Below, one piece after another: positions 25,245-37,994 of a DNA stretch of 64,000 nucleotides; the stretch's first letter is position 1, and the number at the start of each line of letters is the position of its first letter. The stretch lies in NCBI GenBank assembly GCA_964188305.1, contig OZ076886.1; one strand, written 5' to 3'. The position numbers and the translations under genes are program-made. Source of the stretch: Podarcis bocagei. Taxonomy: Eukaryota. The notes under the pieces were generated by a model that was not told where the DNA came from, did not search any database, and saw nothing but the letters and a program-made list of their open reading frames with translations.

Positions 25245-26502
25245 TATCAGAATGACAGAGACAGAGAGACAGAGGGGAAAAGGGGTGGTGAAAATATATA
25301 TAGAAAGAGAGAGGGTGCAAATGGACATACCAGCCCACCATTGACTTCAGCTCCTGACAGAAACCCCCTGCCCCCAGAAATCTTGGCCTCCTACAGAAAA
25401 AGGGTTGCCCCTGCCTGGTGTAGCCCTTTGAAACAACTCTCCCATTGACCACCCCAGACTAGTAGTCAGAACAGATAATGGAAATTCTTGGGCTTCCCTG
25501 TAGGCTGTTTGGCTAATATATTTGCAAAATGGAAAGCATGTAATGAAGCCATGCAGAAGGAAGGAAGTATTTGTATCCTTATTTTATAAAAACGGGGTGG
25601 TGGGAAGGAACAGCGTTGCTGAGCTTTTCAGGCATTTCAACCAGGCGTCAGTGAGCATGACTTCTCCTGGCCTCTTTGGAAAGGGAAGTGTGAAAGCCGA
25701 TTACCTAGACTTGGTTTCTCCCTTGAGAAATTTCCATCATTCCCCATTTGACTTTTATTTGATCTCTGGGAAACCCAATTGTAAATCAGAGCTCCGCTGC
25801 CTTCAAGCACATTGTAGATAGGCTGCTTCAACCAAAAGGAAAAACGAGGTAATTTATTTTTAGTGGCCCGTTCCCATGAATTCACTTACTGTTTTGCAAA
25901 GATGTTGTATATGCACCATACTTCTAAAGAGGCCTCTCTTTATAAGGATTACGGTGCATAATGGGCATTTAATAACCAAAAAAGGTATTGAAATAAACAT
26001 GCAGAGCTGGGAACATGCAGAGTAATGCTGTAAATCAGGGCTAATCCACTAGTTACCACATCCCCTGGAGAATGAAAACTCCATAAAGAATAGGCTTGGA
26101 TTGGAGGGACTGAGAGCACATAACACCACAGTGTTCTTCAGCTAGTTTTTCATAGTTATTTCCTATACGTAATAATCCAGAGACCAGGCTTCCATATGGT
26201 CAGGCAGGGAGAGATCTGGAGATATTACTAACAGCCTATCTATATTCTCCCAGTGCATAAATGAGACTTCCATTGCTCTTTGTACAGCATCTGTGAAGGG
26301 TCCCAGAATGTCTCCAGAATGATCACTTCCTTTCCTGCAGTGTCTCGAAGGGTATCATAGGAATTGTGAAACAACGTTGTTAAATACAATCTAAATGGAA
26401 TCTATGGCACACCTAGAGTGGGGACCTTGAGGCCTTCTGGGTGTTGCTGGACTACAAGCCCCATCATCTGCAACCATCTGTCATGTCGCCTGGGACTGAT
26501 AG

Positions 26503-26628
26503 TTCCGTTGGTTTGTGTGGTGCTGATAATGCCAAGGTTGGAGGTTCAATCCCTGTAAGGGACAGCTGCGTAGCCCTGCATTGCAGAGACTAGATGATCC
26601 TCAGGGCCCCTTCCAGCTCCATGATACT
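26503..26628 (+). mobile_element. tRNA-derived SINE with CR1-like tail, nested in a MITE
   Basis: GTGCTGATAATGCCAAGG..GGTTCAATCC head, 'gactagatgatcctcagggccccttcca' CR1-type tail. Confidence 0.6.
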
Positions 26629-26714
26629 ACAGTAGGAGCTGGAGTCGAATGACTTCTGGAGGGCCATAGGTCCCTTAGCCCAGGTTTACAGTGACTGGAT
26701 TGAGTTTAGGGAAG

Positions 26715-26830
26715 TCAGCCCTCTTTAGGGAAGCTTTAAATGTTTGACTTTTTATCGCTTTATTCTTAATATTAATATTCTGTTGGGAGCTTCCCAGAGT
26801 GGCTGGGGAAACAATAAATTATTATTATTA
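26715..26830 (+). mobile_element. L2 LINE 3' tail fragment
   Basis: Matches the 3' end of 35238-35690; ends AATAAA(TTA)n. Confidence 0.8.
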
Positions 26831-26832
26831 CA

Positions 26833-27157
26833 CAGTGGATCTGCCCCATACATTTGAAGAACTCTTATACTACCTTGACAATCATGGCTCCCCTCAGACA
26901 ATCTTGGGGACTGCAGTTTATGAAGGGTGCTGAGAATAGTTAGGAGACGCCTCATCTCCTCCCAGAGCTGCAATTCCCAGAGTTCCCTGGGGAGAGGGAT
27001 TGATCGTTAAACTGCTGTGGGATTTTTAAGGGAACAGGGTGTCTCTTGGCAACTCTCAGCACCCTTTACAAAGCAGAGTCCCAGGATTCTTTGGAGGGAA
27101 ACCATGACTGCATCGAGTAGCATGATGTTGTTTTAAATGTATGGTGTGGATATGGCC
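26833..27157. mobile_element. Palindromic MITE ('catacatttaaagcac...gggaactgtagttt' family)
   Basis: Symmetric arms CCATACATTT / AAATGTATGG and AAGGGTGCTGAGA / TCTCAGCACCCTT; relatives at 31066-31211, 32634-32821, 37604-38216, 45565-45690. Confidence 0.7.
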
Positions 27158-29998
27158 TTAGGCACACCATTTTGCAGAAGGTTCTGACTGGCTCCCTTGT
27201 TTTAGATCAAAAACTAAACCTTCCCTGCTTCTTCTTTTTAAAAAAAACTCCCTCAAAAAGGTTAGTAAAAGATTGTTTTTTGTTCTTAACGCTCCCATAT
27301 TTTTAAGGAGACCTGAACCTTCACGTTCATTATGGGGCTGCACCAATGGCCTGCCTAGTGACATGGAGATATTTCCAGATTTTCTCTCTCCTTTTATGTA
27401 CGTTTCTCATTCTTCTTGTCTCTTTAATGGCTGCAGCACTTAGCCCTGGCGGCTTTTATAGGCTACAGTTACAATAGCATCGTGTTTTCATGTGTTTGCC
27501 CCACTTGGAGTGAAGGCAATTGAGAGGCATCCTTCATTTTGGCACCTGGTAACAATTAGAAGGAGTGGGACAAACTTTCGGCATCATTCCTGAATAGACG
27601 TGTGAGGTAAAAGAAGGTAAAGGAATGAACTGAGCTGAGAAATGAGCTTTTGTTGCAGAAGAGGGGGTAGGAAGGGGACAGCAAAGACAAGCACAAGTTG
27701 AAGTTTTTGTGGGCTTTCAATAGTCCAGTGCTAGTCCAGCTTCAGTCATCAGCATCTCTGGGCAGGACTGGGCGGGAAACTCTTCTCCCAAACCCTGGAA
27801 AGCCACTGCCAGTCATTGTTTACAGAACTGAATGGGTTGAGTATAAGATAGCTTCCTGCGTTTCCCAGTTGTGGCCTCACTGGCCTAATGTTGTGGTTGC
27901 CTTGTATGCTGCCACTGACTAATGCCTGCCTGGCACTTGTGCTGCTTCAAATTTAATGGAGGAGCATGAACATGTCCAAAATCCTGGCCTTGCACCTTCT
28001 ACCTTCCTAATATGTAGACGGAGGAAAAGGCAGTCTTCATATTTCTCAGAGTTCTGTGATTAGTTCAATAACTAGCCCATCATTTCAGGAAGAGACGAAG
28101 CCAAATGCCGATTGCCAAAGACCATGTTGCTCCATTTCATCAGGAGCATTGCACTGACTAAGGCTCAGGCAAATGTCGCAATACACAGCTTAAGTCTAGA
28201 TGTAGAACTGGTGGCCTATCAGATTTTGTTGGTCTTATCCCTGACCATTGGCCATGTTGGCTGAGACAGATGGAAGCTGGAGTCTAGCAACACCTGGAAG
28301 ATGTTTATTGAATGGCACAGTTGTGGTGATGGGGAATGAAGTTCTTGCCTCCATCTTCTTTTCTGCTATACATATTTATGGCATGTGTGTAGGAGAGGTG
28401 CAGGAGTTCATGATTTATAAGCTTTTGAAGTTGGGAACACAGAAGAGTCCTGGCTGCAAAATTTAAACCCAAAATGTTTCAAGATCATTTGAGGATATGT
28501 GTACATCATCTCTGGCACCCTCTGTTAATCCCACCAGCGCTTCCATGAAGATATCTAATGGATATGAACTTTGCAGGAAGTTATCCATGCATAAAGGGAG
28601 AGATGAACAACATATCCCTTTCCATTTCTCCAAGGCACACTTGCATGATTTATGGGTAGAGAAAAACATCATAGAATAAAGGAAATGTCAATACTTTGGA
28701 GGAGGGGGGAGACGGAATAAATATATTTTGGAATAGAAATGACAAGGTTAAATTTGAGAAATTAATTACTGGAACTGATGATGTGGTTTAATTTGGGAAT
28801 GGCGACTTCAGTCCAGCTTCAGGTGAAAAAGGATTTGTCCGTGGCTCAGGATGTTCATTTCAATGCTGACAGAGCAATAACTCAGTCCCATAAAGCAGCA
28901 TATTATCGCTGACTTTTAGCATTAATTCCTTCCTTTCGTCACGGCAGACATTTTAAAAAATATGAATGCCTTCTCTTCAGAACAGTGAGAAATTCCCATA
29001 GATGAGGATGAATTATGGGTTTATCTCCAAAGACAGTCTATAAATAACACCTGGGGATTTGAACTCATAAAATAAGTCTCATAACTTACTCAGATCCATA
29101 ATATCCAATATCTACCCCGTTTTTTATAAACGTTTTCTCCCCATCCTCTTTAATTGGATTTTTTTTTGCCATTTTCATGCACGGCCAGTGTGTATATATT
29201 ACTGTGTTGAGCAGAATACATGCAAATGCCTCTACACCCTGAAGCAGAGAAGGCAGTGATTAAATACACAAGGTCCACACTGGATTGTGCCTGCCATTCA
29301 GAGTCCTTGTCCTGACAGGTCCATTAAAAGCAGCAGTATCTCATTCTGATTGGTTGCCTGAGGAACTCCCACAAAGCAAATGTGAATATAAGATCCTTGC
29401 ATAACCCTCACAGACTAAATATGACACTTCAAAGCGTAGCAAAGATCTGACAATGGTCTTTCAAAAATTGTTTCATCCTCAGATATGGCTATTCGGTTGC
29501 TACTTTTTGAAATGTATCCAGAGCTGATCACTCATAACATATACATGCACATTTAGAGAAGGATTAGAAGGAGGTCCAGAGGAAGCTTTGTATATAATGT
29601 GCAGTTTAAAAACAGCACTGAAATCCAGAGATTTTGGTTTTACAGGTGGGACCGGCAACAAAACATTGCCTTTTATCTTCAACCTCTAGACTATCCTATT
29701 CAAGGTTCCTGAAATGCCCTCCTCCAGGCTACAAGAAGGCAGGGATGAGGAACCCTTGGTTCTCCATCTCCCACCCGCCCTAGTCAACATGGCCAGTGCT
29801 CAGGGTTGATAGGCCAGTGACATTCAGATGCCTACAGGTTCTTTATCTTGCTACAAGTGGTACAAGGCTGAAGCAGGTACAGACAGTTCACTCTCCCCCT
29901 CCCCACTTAATTTTTGGTTTTCCTTTTCAAGATTCTGTGGCTCCCGGAAGCTGCTGAGGATTCTCAGACTCTTTTTGGTTTTTGCTCCCTTATAGGTA

Positions 29999-30320
29999 GG
30001 GACACGGGTGGCGCTGTGGGTTAAACCACAGAGCCTAGGACTTGCCAATCAAAAGGTCGGTGGTTCGAATCCCCATGATGGGGTGAGCTCCCATTGCTTG
30101 GTCCCTGCTCCTGCCAACCTAGCAGTTCGAAAGCACATCAAAGTGCTAGTAGATAAATAGGTACCACTCTGGCGGGAAGGTAAACAGTGTTTCCATGCAC
30201 TGCTCTGGTTCACCAGAAGCTGTGCGCCGGCTCCCTTGGCCAATAAAGCGAGATGAGCGCCGCAACCCCAGAGTCAGTCACGACTGGACCTAATGGTCAG
30301 GGGTCCCTTTACCTTTACTA
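29999..30320 (+). mobile_element. Sauria SINE with 33-bp internal deletion
   Basis: Full head and tail; imperfect TSD CCTTATA(G/T)GT. Confidence 0.93.
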
Positions 30321-31410
30321 CCTTATATGTTGGCTTTTTTAAAAATAGCCTGTAGTTCTGCAAACCTCAATGACTACCCAAGTATGCTGATACTGCCCTC
30401 TCTTTCTCAAAGGTCCTGTTTTGGCTTCAATCCTGCTGACACACACCACCTGAGTCGGCTGTTAGAAGGAACAACATCAAAAAGGGGTAGGTAATTCTTA
30501 GTCATGATGGATAAGCTTCAAAACATGGGAAGAAATCAAAATAGGAGGCAAATATTCATCTTAAATTTATTCTATTTCATTTTTTCAAGTTTTTTTTATT
30601 TAGATATGCAGCGTGCAAAACTAAGATGGATACCCCCAGCATTAACAGTCCATTTATTAAGTAATACATCTTGCTAAAGTCTGATCGAGCATGGTCCAGT
30701 GGCAGTCAAGATATCAGAGGACATGAAGAAAACATGTAACAAATAGGCAGGCAGACACATAAATTCTATTCTATTTTACAACGTCACAGTTTCCAAATCC
30801 AAATTTTGTGATGGTTAGGCCCCAAATCATGACTATTTTGGCACTGTATCACAACTACCGGCTGGATGACTTGGCAAGTAAATTAAATCTGCTACTGTTG
30901 ACTAAGTATCCACCCTGTTCTGTAAATATTGATCAGTATTCCTCAATAACATTGTAGCTCTGTTATAGCCCTGGTTCCTTTCCCCTACTTTCTGTATCCA
31001 TTCCATGCTTGTCACCAATAGGTGACATAAGGCAGCAGCCATCTGAATCCTAATACCCTGATCCTAAATACTTTGCCTCACCATGGGAACCATAGTATGT
31101 TAGGAATGCTGGGAATTTTAGCTCTGCGAGGGGTAACCTACAGTTCCCATGATTCTTTGGAGGAAGTCCTGAGCTTCCAATGTGTATTAAACATGCCGTG
31201 TGTATGCAGCCTAAGAGATTTACCCTGATCCAGCCAGAAGAAATGCTCCTGCAAATGGGTTCTGGACACCCGTTTTTAATGGGGCTAAAAACAAAGTCTA
31301 ATTTGGGGGAGGGGGCAGAGTTATGAATCCAGCGCTCCATGTCTCTCCACCACCCCACCACCAAGACTGATAATGCAGCAGGCACGGGACAGTCCCAAGG
31401 ATTAACATTA

Positions 31411-31644
31411 CAGTGGTACCTCGGGTTAAGAACTTAATTCGTTCCAGAGGTCCGTTCTTAATCTGAAACTGTTCTTAACCTGAGGTACCACTTTAGCTAA
31501 TGGGGCCTCCTGCTGCTGCTGCCGCGCAATTTCTGTTCTCATCCTGAGGTAAAGTTCTTAACCCGAGGTACTACCTCCGGGTTAGCGGAGTCTGTAACCC
31601 GAAGTGTTTGTAACCTGAGGTGTTTGTAACCCGAGGTACCACTG
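31411..31644 (-). mobile_element. Tc1/mariner MITE, complete
   Basis: Both 18-bp TIRs, TA flanks. Confidence 0.93.
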
Positions 31645-31794
31645 TATTTACTTGGAAGAAGGGCTATGCTTTTAGCTTCACCCCCCAGTGTTACATCTTC
31701 CTCGGACAATCATGGATTGGCAACTTTGGTATGTAAAGCAACAACAGTAACTGGTTTGCACAACTGAAACCCTTTTCAACAATTGTGCACAGTA

Positions 31795-32015
31795 CATTGG
31801 TACCTCGGGTTAAGTACTTAATTTGTTCCAGAGGTCTGTTCTTAACCTGAAACTGTTCTTAACCTGAAGCACCACTTTAGCTAATGAGGCCTCCTGCTGC
31901 TGCCTCCAGAGTCCGATTTCTGTTCTTATCCTGAAGCAAAGTTTTTAACCTGGAGCACTATTTCTGGGTTAGTGGAGTGTGTAACCTGAAGCGTATGTAA
32001 CCCAAGGTACCACTG
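31795..32015 (-). mobile_element. Tc1/mariner MITE, first of tandem pair
   Basis: CATTGGTACCTCGGGTTA ... GGTACCACTG, TA flanks. Confidence 0.92.
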
Positions 32016-32017
32016 TA

Positions 32018-32243
32018 TAGTGGTACCTCGGGTTAAGAACTTAATTTGTTCTGGAGGTCCGTTCTTAACATGAAAGTGTTCTTAACCTGAGGTACCACTT
32101 TAGCTAATGGGGCCTCCCACTGCCGCTGTGCCGCCAGCACATGATTTCTGTTCTCATCCTGAAGCAAAGTTCTTAACCCGAGGTACTATTTCTGGGTTAG
32201 CAGAGTCTGTAACCTGAAGCGTATGTAACCCGAGGTACCACTG
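32018..32243 (-). mobile_element. Tc1/mariner MITE, second of tandem pair
   Basis: Shares TA 32016-32017 with the previous copy; ends GGTACCACTG+TA. Confidence 0.92.
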
Positions 32244-32633
32244 TACTCTGATGGGTTTGCATCCCACATACAGGCAAGAAAGCCCCTGTCAAAACAAATG
32301 TCAGTCAGGCATCAGTCAGGAAGTGTTCCTAACACATGCAGCACCACCAAGGGGCCCGACTCACATATTTATTTTGCCCCTTCTCATGTTCAAATGGAAT
32401 TTAAGAAATTCTGTAGCAACAAAATCCTGGCTGGGGGTGGGGATGGTCTCCATTTGCTACTCCGACTCTTGGATCAGACATTTTAGCATGTGCATGCAGC
32501 CCACACATTCAGAGCACATATCTGTCCAAACATGTTGTGAGTTCCTTGTCTCTCCCTATCCCCTGCCTTGGTTCCTAAGTATTCATGATGCACATTAAAA
32601 GTGGAAAGTCAAGTCAAGGGAGGAACAGTTTAG

Positions 32634-32821
32634 GGCTACATACACACCATATATTTAAAGAGAATTTTAAGCATGGACCCCCCCCCCATAAACCTGGGAA
32701 CTGTAGTTTAAAAGTACTGGGAATTATAGCTCTGGAAGGGGGGAAGCTACAGTTTCCAGGATGCTTTGGGAGAAAAAAATGTGCTTAAAATATTGATTTA
32801 ATGTATAGTGTGTATACAAAC
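32634..32821. mobile_element. Palindromic MITE (same family as 26833-27157)
   Basis: TACACACCATATATTT / AATGTATAGTGTGTA; CCTGGGAACTGTAG / CTACAGTTTCCAGG. Confidence 0.7.
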
Positions 32822-33329
32822 TATATCTTAGTAATATGTCACCTATCATTTCAATAAAATCTACTTTGAATATCTGGGATAAAAAAAATAAGATTATAAA
32901 CACTTTAAACAGATGATTAAGTGATTTGTAATAAATCAGACTAAAAGCTGGAGCTTATACCAAAAATGGCCACAGGTCTGCCAAAGTAATATTATATGCT
33001 GAGATATTACTACATTGGTGCCTACGAAGCACCTTGAACCCTCCGGGGTGCAATTCTGAAAATATTGTTGCTAATCTGGAACTTTTGGGTTTTCTGACAT
33101 GCTCCAAATTTCCCTACAAATGGACAGAAAAAGTCTCAGTCAGGAAACAGTTTTGCAGGCTATTTCATCGTCCCCACCAACCCGAAATGAATTCAAGCCC
33201 CATTTGTGGCAGAATACATTGGCGGTGGACTCTGAGGGGCAAGGTGCCAGTTCCTGCCCCCCCTTTCCTGCAGAGGTTGAAACAAGTTTGCCTTTCAAAG
33301 GGAGGCAACAAAGGGCTAAGAGAACCCCT

Positions 33330-33930
33330 TCCGAGGCACGACGAATCTGTGATAACCTTCATAATTAGCCCCTGTAATAAAGCACTTAACGGGAGTAAAG
33401 TCTCTCACTAGCAAGGAGGGGAAGTTTGTTTAGAGCCATTTTACGGACTGCTGAGACAGAGTGCCCTCTGGAGCCCTGGGAACCAGTACCCAACAGGGCC
33501 AGGAACGCCACAAGAGCCCCGGCCCTCAATTAGCCTGGCAATTCAGAAGGAAAACAGTTCTCTGTTTTCTCATTAAAAGATGAAATGAGGAGGGCTCCCC
33601 CCCCTCAAAAATCCACACAGAGCGATTATGCTGCTGCTGCTCCAAAGAAGGAGTTGCTTTTTCTTCCAAGGCCCCCTGATTACGAAAGACAATGGGATTA
33701 GTTCAAACTAGGCTGAGAGCTCTCAGTGACTCCTTTTTGCCGGCTAAATTGCAAGCGAGGGTGGATAATGGGAGATTGATTAGGGTTAATAGACTTATTT
33801 TTACAGGTCACGCCGCACAGCACTCTGGGTTGTGGTGCTCCAAAACATATTATCACAAGCCATAAATCAAGAGCCTTGGAGGGGGTTCAGGCCTCCCTCT
33901 CTCCATCTGAATGGCTGGTTAACAATTCAC
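33330..33930. promoter_or_regulatory. Candidate conserved non-coding element / enhancer
   Basis: Repeat-free; AATTAGCC twice, ACAATGG (33689), GGATTA, PBX-HOX-type TGATTTATGG on the minus strand (33860-33869). Motif evidence only. Confidence 0.35.
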
Positions 33931-34352
33931 TTTTGTCTCCACCTTGCTGCTAGCTGATGCCTCTTGGCTGATATCTCCCTTCGAAAGGCCTGACACACAG
34001 AGAGGACCAAGCAGAGCTTGGAAATGCACTGAATATCCTTCATTCCCTCTGCAATTTGTGAGAACAGATGGACCAGTTTGCCTTTACGCTATCCACTCAA
34101 TGCCTGAAAGTATTTTATTTTATATACATTTCTGACCTTTCTCCAAGGAGCGTGGGCAGTGCACACACCATAATTCTCCCCACCCTTTTTACCTTCACAA
34201 CAACCCTGCAAGGTTGGGTTGAGATACGATATCATAGGTTATTTTCTGAGTGTGCTATTTTAGGAATATTTCGTAATAATGGAAATTACAGAAATATCAC
34301 ATATACACACAACCACAACCAGCATGAGGTAGGTTTGCAGATTGATGGTGAC

Positions 34353-35007
34353 TAGGGATATGGCAATCTATTTTGGTTTCTCGGTTTCTCGTTTTTCCAC
34401 ACTTCAGTTTGGTTTTCCACATTTCTACATCACATGCACACACACGCACACATACAGTGGTACCTCGGATTACAGATGCTTCAGGTTACAGACTCCACTA
34501 ACCCAGAAATAGTACCTCAGGTTAAGAACTTTGCTTCAGGATGAGAACAGAAATTGTGTGGTGGCGGCGTGGCAGCAGCGGGAGGCCCCATTAGCTAAAG
34601 TGGTACCTCAGGTTAAGAACAGTTTCAGGTTAAGAACGGACCTCCAGAACAGATTAAGTTCTTAACCTGAGGTACCACTGTATATTCGTAATCAGCATTT
34701 TAGTATGAATTTTCCCTTATATACTCATTTTATATGCAAATTTTGCATAATATAAACATTTTTCCAAAACCATTTCCACAGTTTACTAAGTTATTGCATG
34801 TTATTTTCACTAATACATACATTTTTATACATACTTCACCCCAGAATATGCATTTCTGTTCACATTTCTTTGTTGGAGAACTGCTTTGCAAAATTCATAG
34901 CTACATGAATTTTGAAGGATGGCTCTTGGCACGTTGTTTTGGAAAATGTGAATTAGTCAGGTTCACTTTTCAAAGGCCAAGAGAATCCAATTTCTCTCCT
35001 AGCCCTA
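34353..35007. mobile_element. hAT-type non-autonomous element (TAGGG...CCCTA ends)
   Basis: Perfect 8-bp TSD ATGGTGAC (34345-34352, 35008-35015); splits a minus-strand Squam3/MIR-like SINE. Confidence 0.85.
34455..34680 (+). mobile_element. Tc1/mariner MITE nested in the hAT element
   Basis: Both TIRs, TA flanks. Confidence 0.93.
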
Positions 35008-35237
35008 ATGGTGACTAACCCAGGACCACCCAGTTAACTTTGTAACTGAGTCATGATTTGAACCTGGGATTCTATTGTCCTCATTCAGCATTCCAGCTGC
35101 AACTGTACCACAAAGCATTTGGCTTCCTAGTCCTACCATGAAGCCAATTCTGAAATACTGGAGTAGGTGGTGGTGGTGAATTGGAAGTAAGAACTGGAAG
35201 CCTGCAAAGCTGACATTCATTAACTTGGGTTCCTAGA

Positions 35238-35636
35238 AGGCTCCAGGTGCATTTCCGATTCAAAGTGTTGGTGCTGACGTTTAAAGCCCTAAATGGCCTT
35301 GGCCCAGTATACATGAAGGAGCATCTCCACCTCCCATCGTTCAGCCTGGACACTGAGGTCCAGCGCCGAGGGCCCTCTGGCAGTTCCCTCACTATGAGAA
35401 GTGAGGTTACAGGGAACCAGGCAGAGGGCCTTCTCGGTAGTGGCACCCGCCCTGTGGAATGCCCTTCCATCAGATGTCAAGGAAATAAACAACTATCTGA
35501 CCTTTAAAAGACATCTGAAGGCAGCACTGTTTAGGGAAGTTTTTAATGTTTGATGTTTTATCGTGTTTTTAATATTCTGTTGGGAGCTGCCCAGAGTGGC
35601 TGGGGAAACCAAGCCAGATGGGCAGGGTATAAATAA

Positions 35637-35690
<54 letters not shown>
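35238..35690 (+). mobile_element. L2 LINE 3' fragment with (TTA)n tail
   Basis: RFKVLVLTFKALNGLGPVY peptide typical of the L2 ORF2 C-terminus; AATAAA then a long TTA microsatellite. Confidence 0.9.
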
Positions 35691-35694
<4 letters not shown>

Positions 35695-36001
35695 CCACCA
35701 CTACTACTACTACTATAGGTTGTCTAGTTACATTAGTGTTATTGAATTCCAACTCCCATGGTGTGCAGTCAACATAGCAATAGTCATGGAAGATGTGAGA
35801 TGAAGTGCAGCAGCATCTGAGGGCACCACATGGTGTGACATTATGCCCACACCGGTGAAAGATTAGAATATCACTGCACCAGACTCTGTACTACAAAAAT
35901 GTATGGATGGTATGCAACCAAGCTTTTTTATTTTATTTTACTCAGAGTAGACCTACTGAGATTAATTAACATTGGTTAGGGCCATTCATTTCAATGGGAC
36001 T

Positions 36002-36079
36002 TTGTTGTTGTTTAGTCGTTTAGTCGTGTCCAACTCTTCGTGACCCCATGGACCAGAGCACACCAGGTACTCCTGTCTT
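36002..36079 (-). mobile_element. Bov-B/RTE LINE extreme 3' end
   Basis: Minus strand GTCCATGGGGTCACGAAGAGTTGGACACGACTAAACGACTAAAC(AAC)n; TSD TGGGACT (35995-36001, 36080-36086). Confidence 0.85.
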
Positions 36080-37629
36080 TGGGACTCGGGAATTTACTAC
36101 GCTTGAGTAAATCTAGGTTGAATACCACACCTTATCTAAAGAGACAGTGACTTATACTTCCAAAGACAAAGCATGAAAGAGCCTTTTGTAACAGTGGCAT
36201 TCAGATTCTTTCCAAAGGAAGAGATTCCCTGAACACGTGCAGAGTGCTTTTCTTCCACCAAGGAATCACAGTCCTTACATCTGAGATTACCAACATGGCT
36301 TCCTGACAGAGCAGGGGTGGCAACCTGTGTGGTCATGCAGATGCTGCTCAAATCCCATAAGCCCCAGCATGAATGGCCAATGAAGATGGTGGGAGCTGCT
36401 GTCAGGTAACATCTGGACAGCCATATAGGTGCCCCAGAATTAGAGGGTGAGACTTGAGCCCGTGACGGCTCTCTTTGGAAACGAAACACCGACTGGATGG
36501 TTTGCAGACGCCGCTTTAAATGATATAAGAGGGTAGAAATGTTATTAGTGCCAAACATGTTACAGCTCTTCTGCAGACTTCAGACATCTTGGATCAAAGA
36601 ATGATCTGTTTGGTCAGAATCCCTTCAGGAAGAAGAATGGGAGAGAAGTCTCAGTTTCAGATTAAGGATCAGAGAACTAATGAAAGACTGCGAGAAGACT
36701 CAAACACTTCAATCACTGTCCTTCATTAATATCTTCAATAAACAAACATTCACAGCTGGGTATTACTCTCCCCTTAGGAGTCCACTGTTAGCACTTAAGT
36801 AAATTCCACATGAAAGCACACTTGTCATAAAACATTTCTACTCCTATCAAAAGTTAATATATTAGCACTCATTTCATTTGCATTTTAATGGCAAGGCTAC
36901 ACTTTTCAAATAAATGACTGCACTTTATCAAAGGATTACTTCATTTGGTCTGTAAAATGGTTCTTTGCCATGTGGGAATCATATAAAGATGCTGGGAGGC
37001 TGGATACAACCCGTTCGGTGGCTCAAGTAAAATGCCAAGTTCCAGATTGCAAGCCTCACTCTTTGTAGTTTACTTATTTATTTTATTAAGAGAGTTAGGA
37101 AAAAGCCAAGCAACTTAAAAAATATGTGTGCTCTCTCTCAATCAAACAACATTGATTTGTAATTTTGATTTCCCCAGCGTTATACATTGTATTGACACCT
37201 CTACTTCATGTGAAAAACCCAGCATTTAACCATGAACTCTGGGGTAAATTCATCAGCCCTTACATAGAATAATTTGTTCTGAATGAAGGGAGTTGATTTC
37301 AGTTGACTTTGTATATTTGCTGTAGCTAAAGTTCACATTAGCTGAATTTCTCATTTTATGTTTGCAATCTCTGCATGGGGTAAGAAAGGCTTATTTCTCT
37401 TTTGGGGGAGAATTTATAACTCTGCAGATTCATAATATGAATCTTATTTTGGAATACACATTATTCCAAAAGGTTCATTTGTAGCTTTGCATTTGATTAA
37501 AAGACACACAAACACCGAAATTTAGGTTTGTACAGTTAAAATGGCTTAAAGCACTTTGTCACCCTAGCACAATGAATCCACTTACGAAAAAAATGTTCAT
37601 ATACATTTACACCACAACATACATTTAAA

Positions 37630-37994
37630 GGGACACAGATGGCACTGTGGTCTAAACCACTGAGCCTCTTGGGCTTGCAGGTTAGAAGGTTGGCAGTTTG
37701 AATTCACATGATGGGGTGAGCTTCCGTTGCTCTGTCCCATCTTCTGCCAACCTAGCAGTTCGAAAGCACACCAGTGCAAGTAGATAAATAGGTACCGCTG
37801 CAGCAGGAAGGTAAATGGCATTTCTGTGCTCTCTGGCTTCCGTCATGGTGTTCTGTCGCACCAGAAGCAGTTTAGTCATGCTGGCCGCATGACCCAGAAA
37901 GCTATCTGCAGACAAATGCTGGCTTGCTTGGCCTGAAGTGAGATGAGCGCTGCACCCCATAGTATCCTTTGACTGGACTTTACCTTTTACCTTT
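37630..37994 (+). mobile_element. Sauria SINE, long subtype, nested in a palindromic MITE
   Basis: Head, body and tail present; TSD-like TAC(A/G)TTTAAA. Confidence 0.9.
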
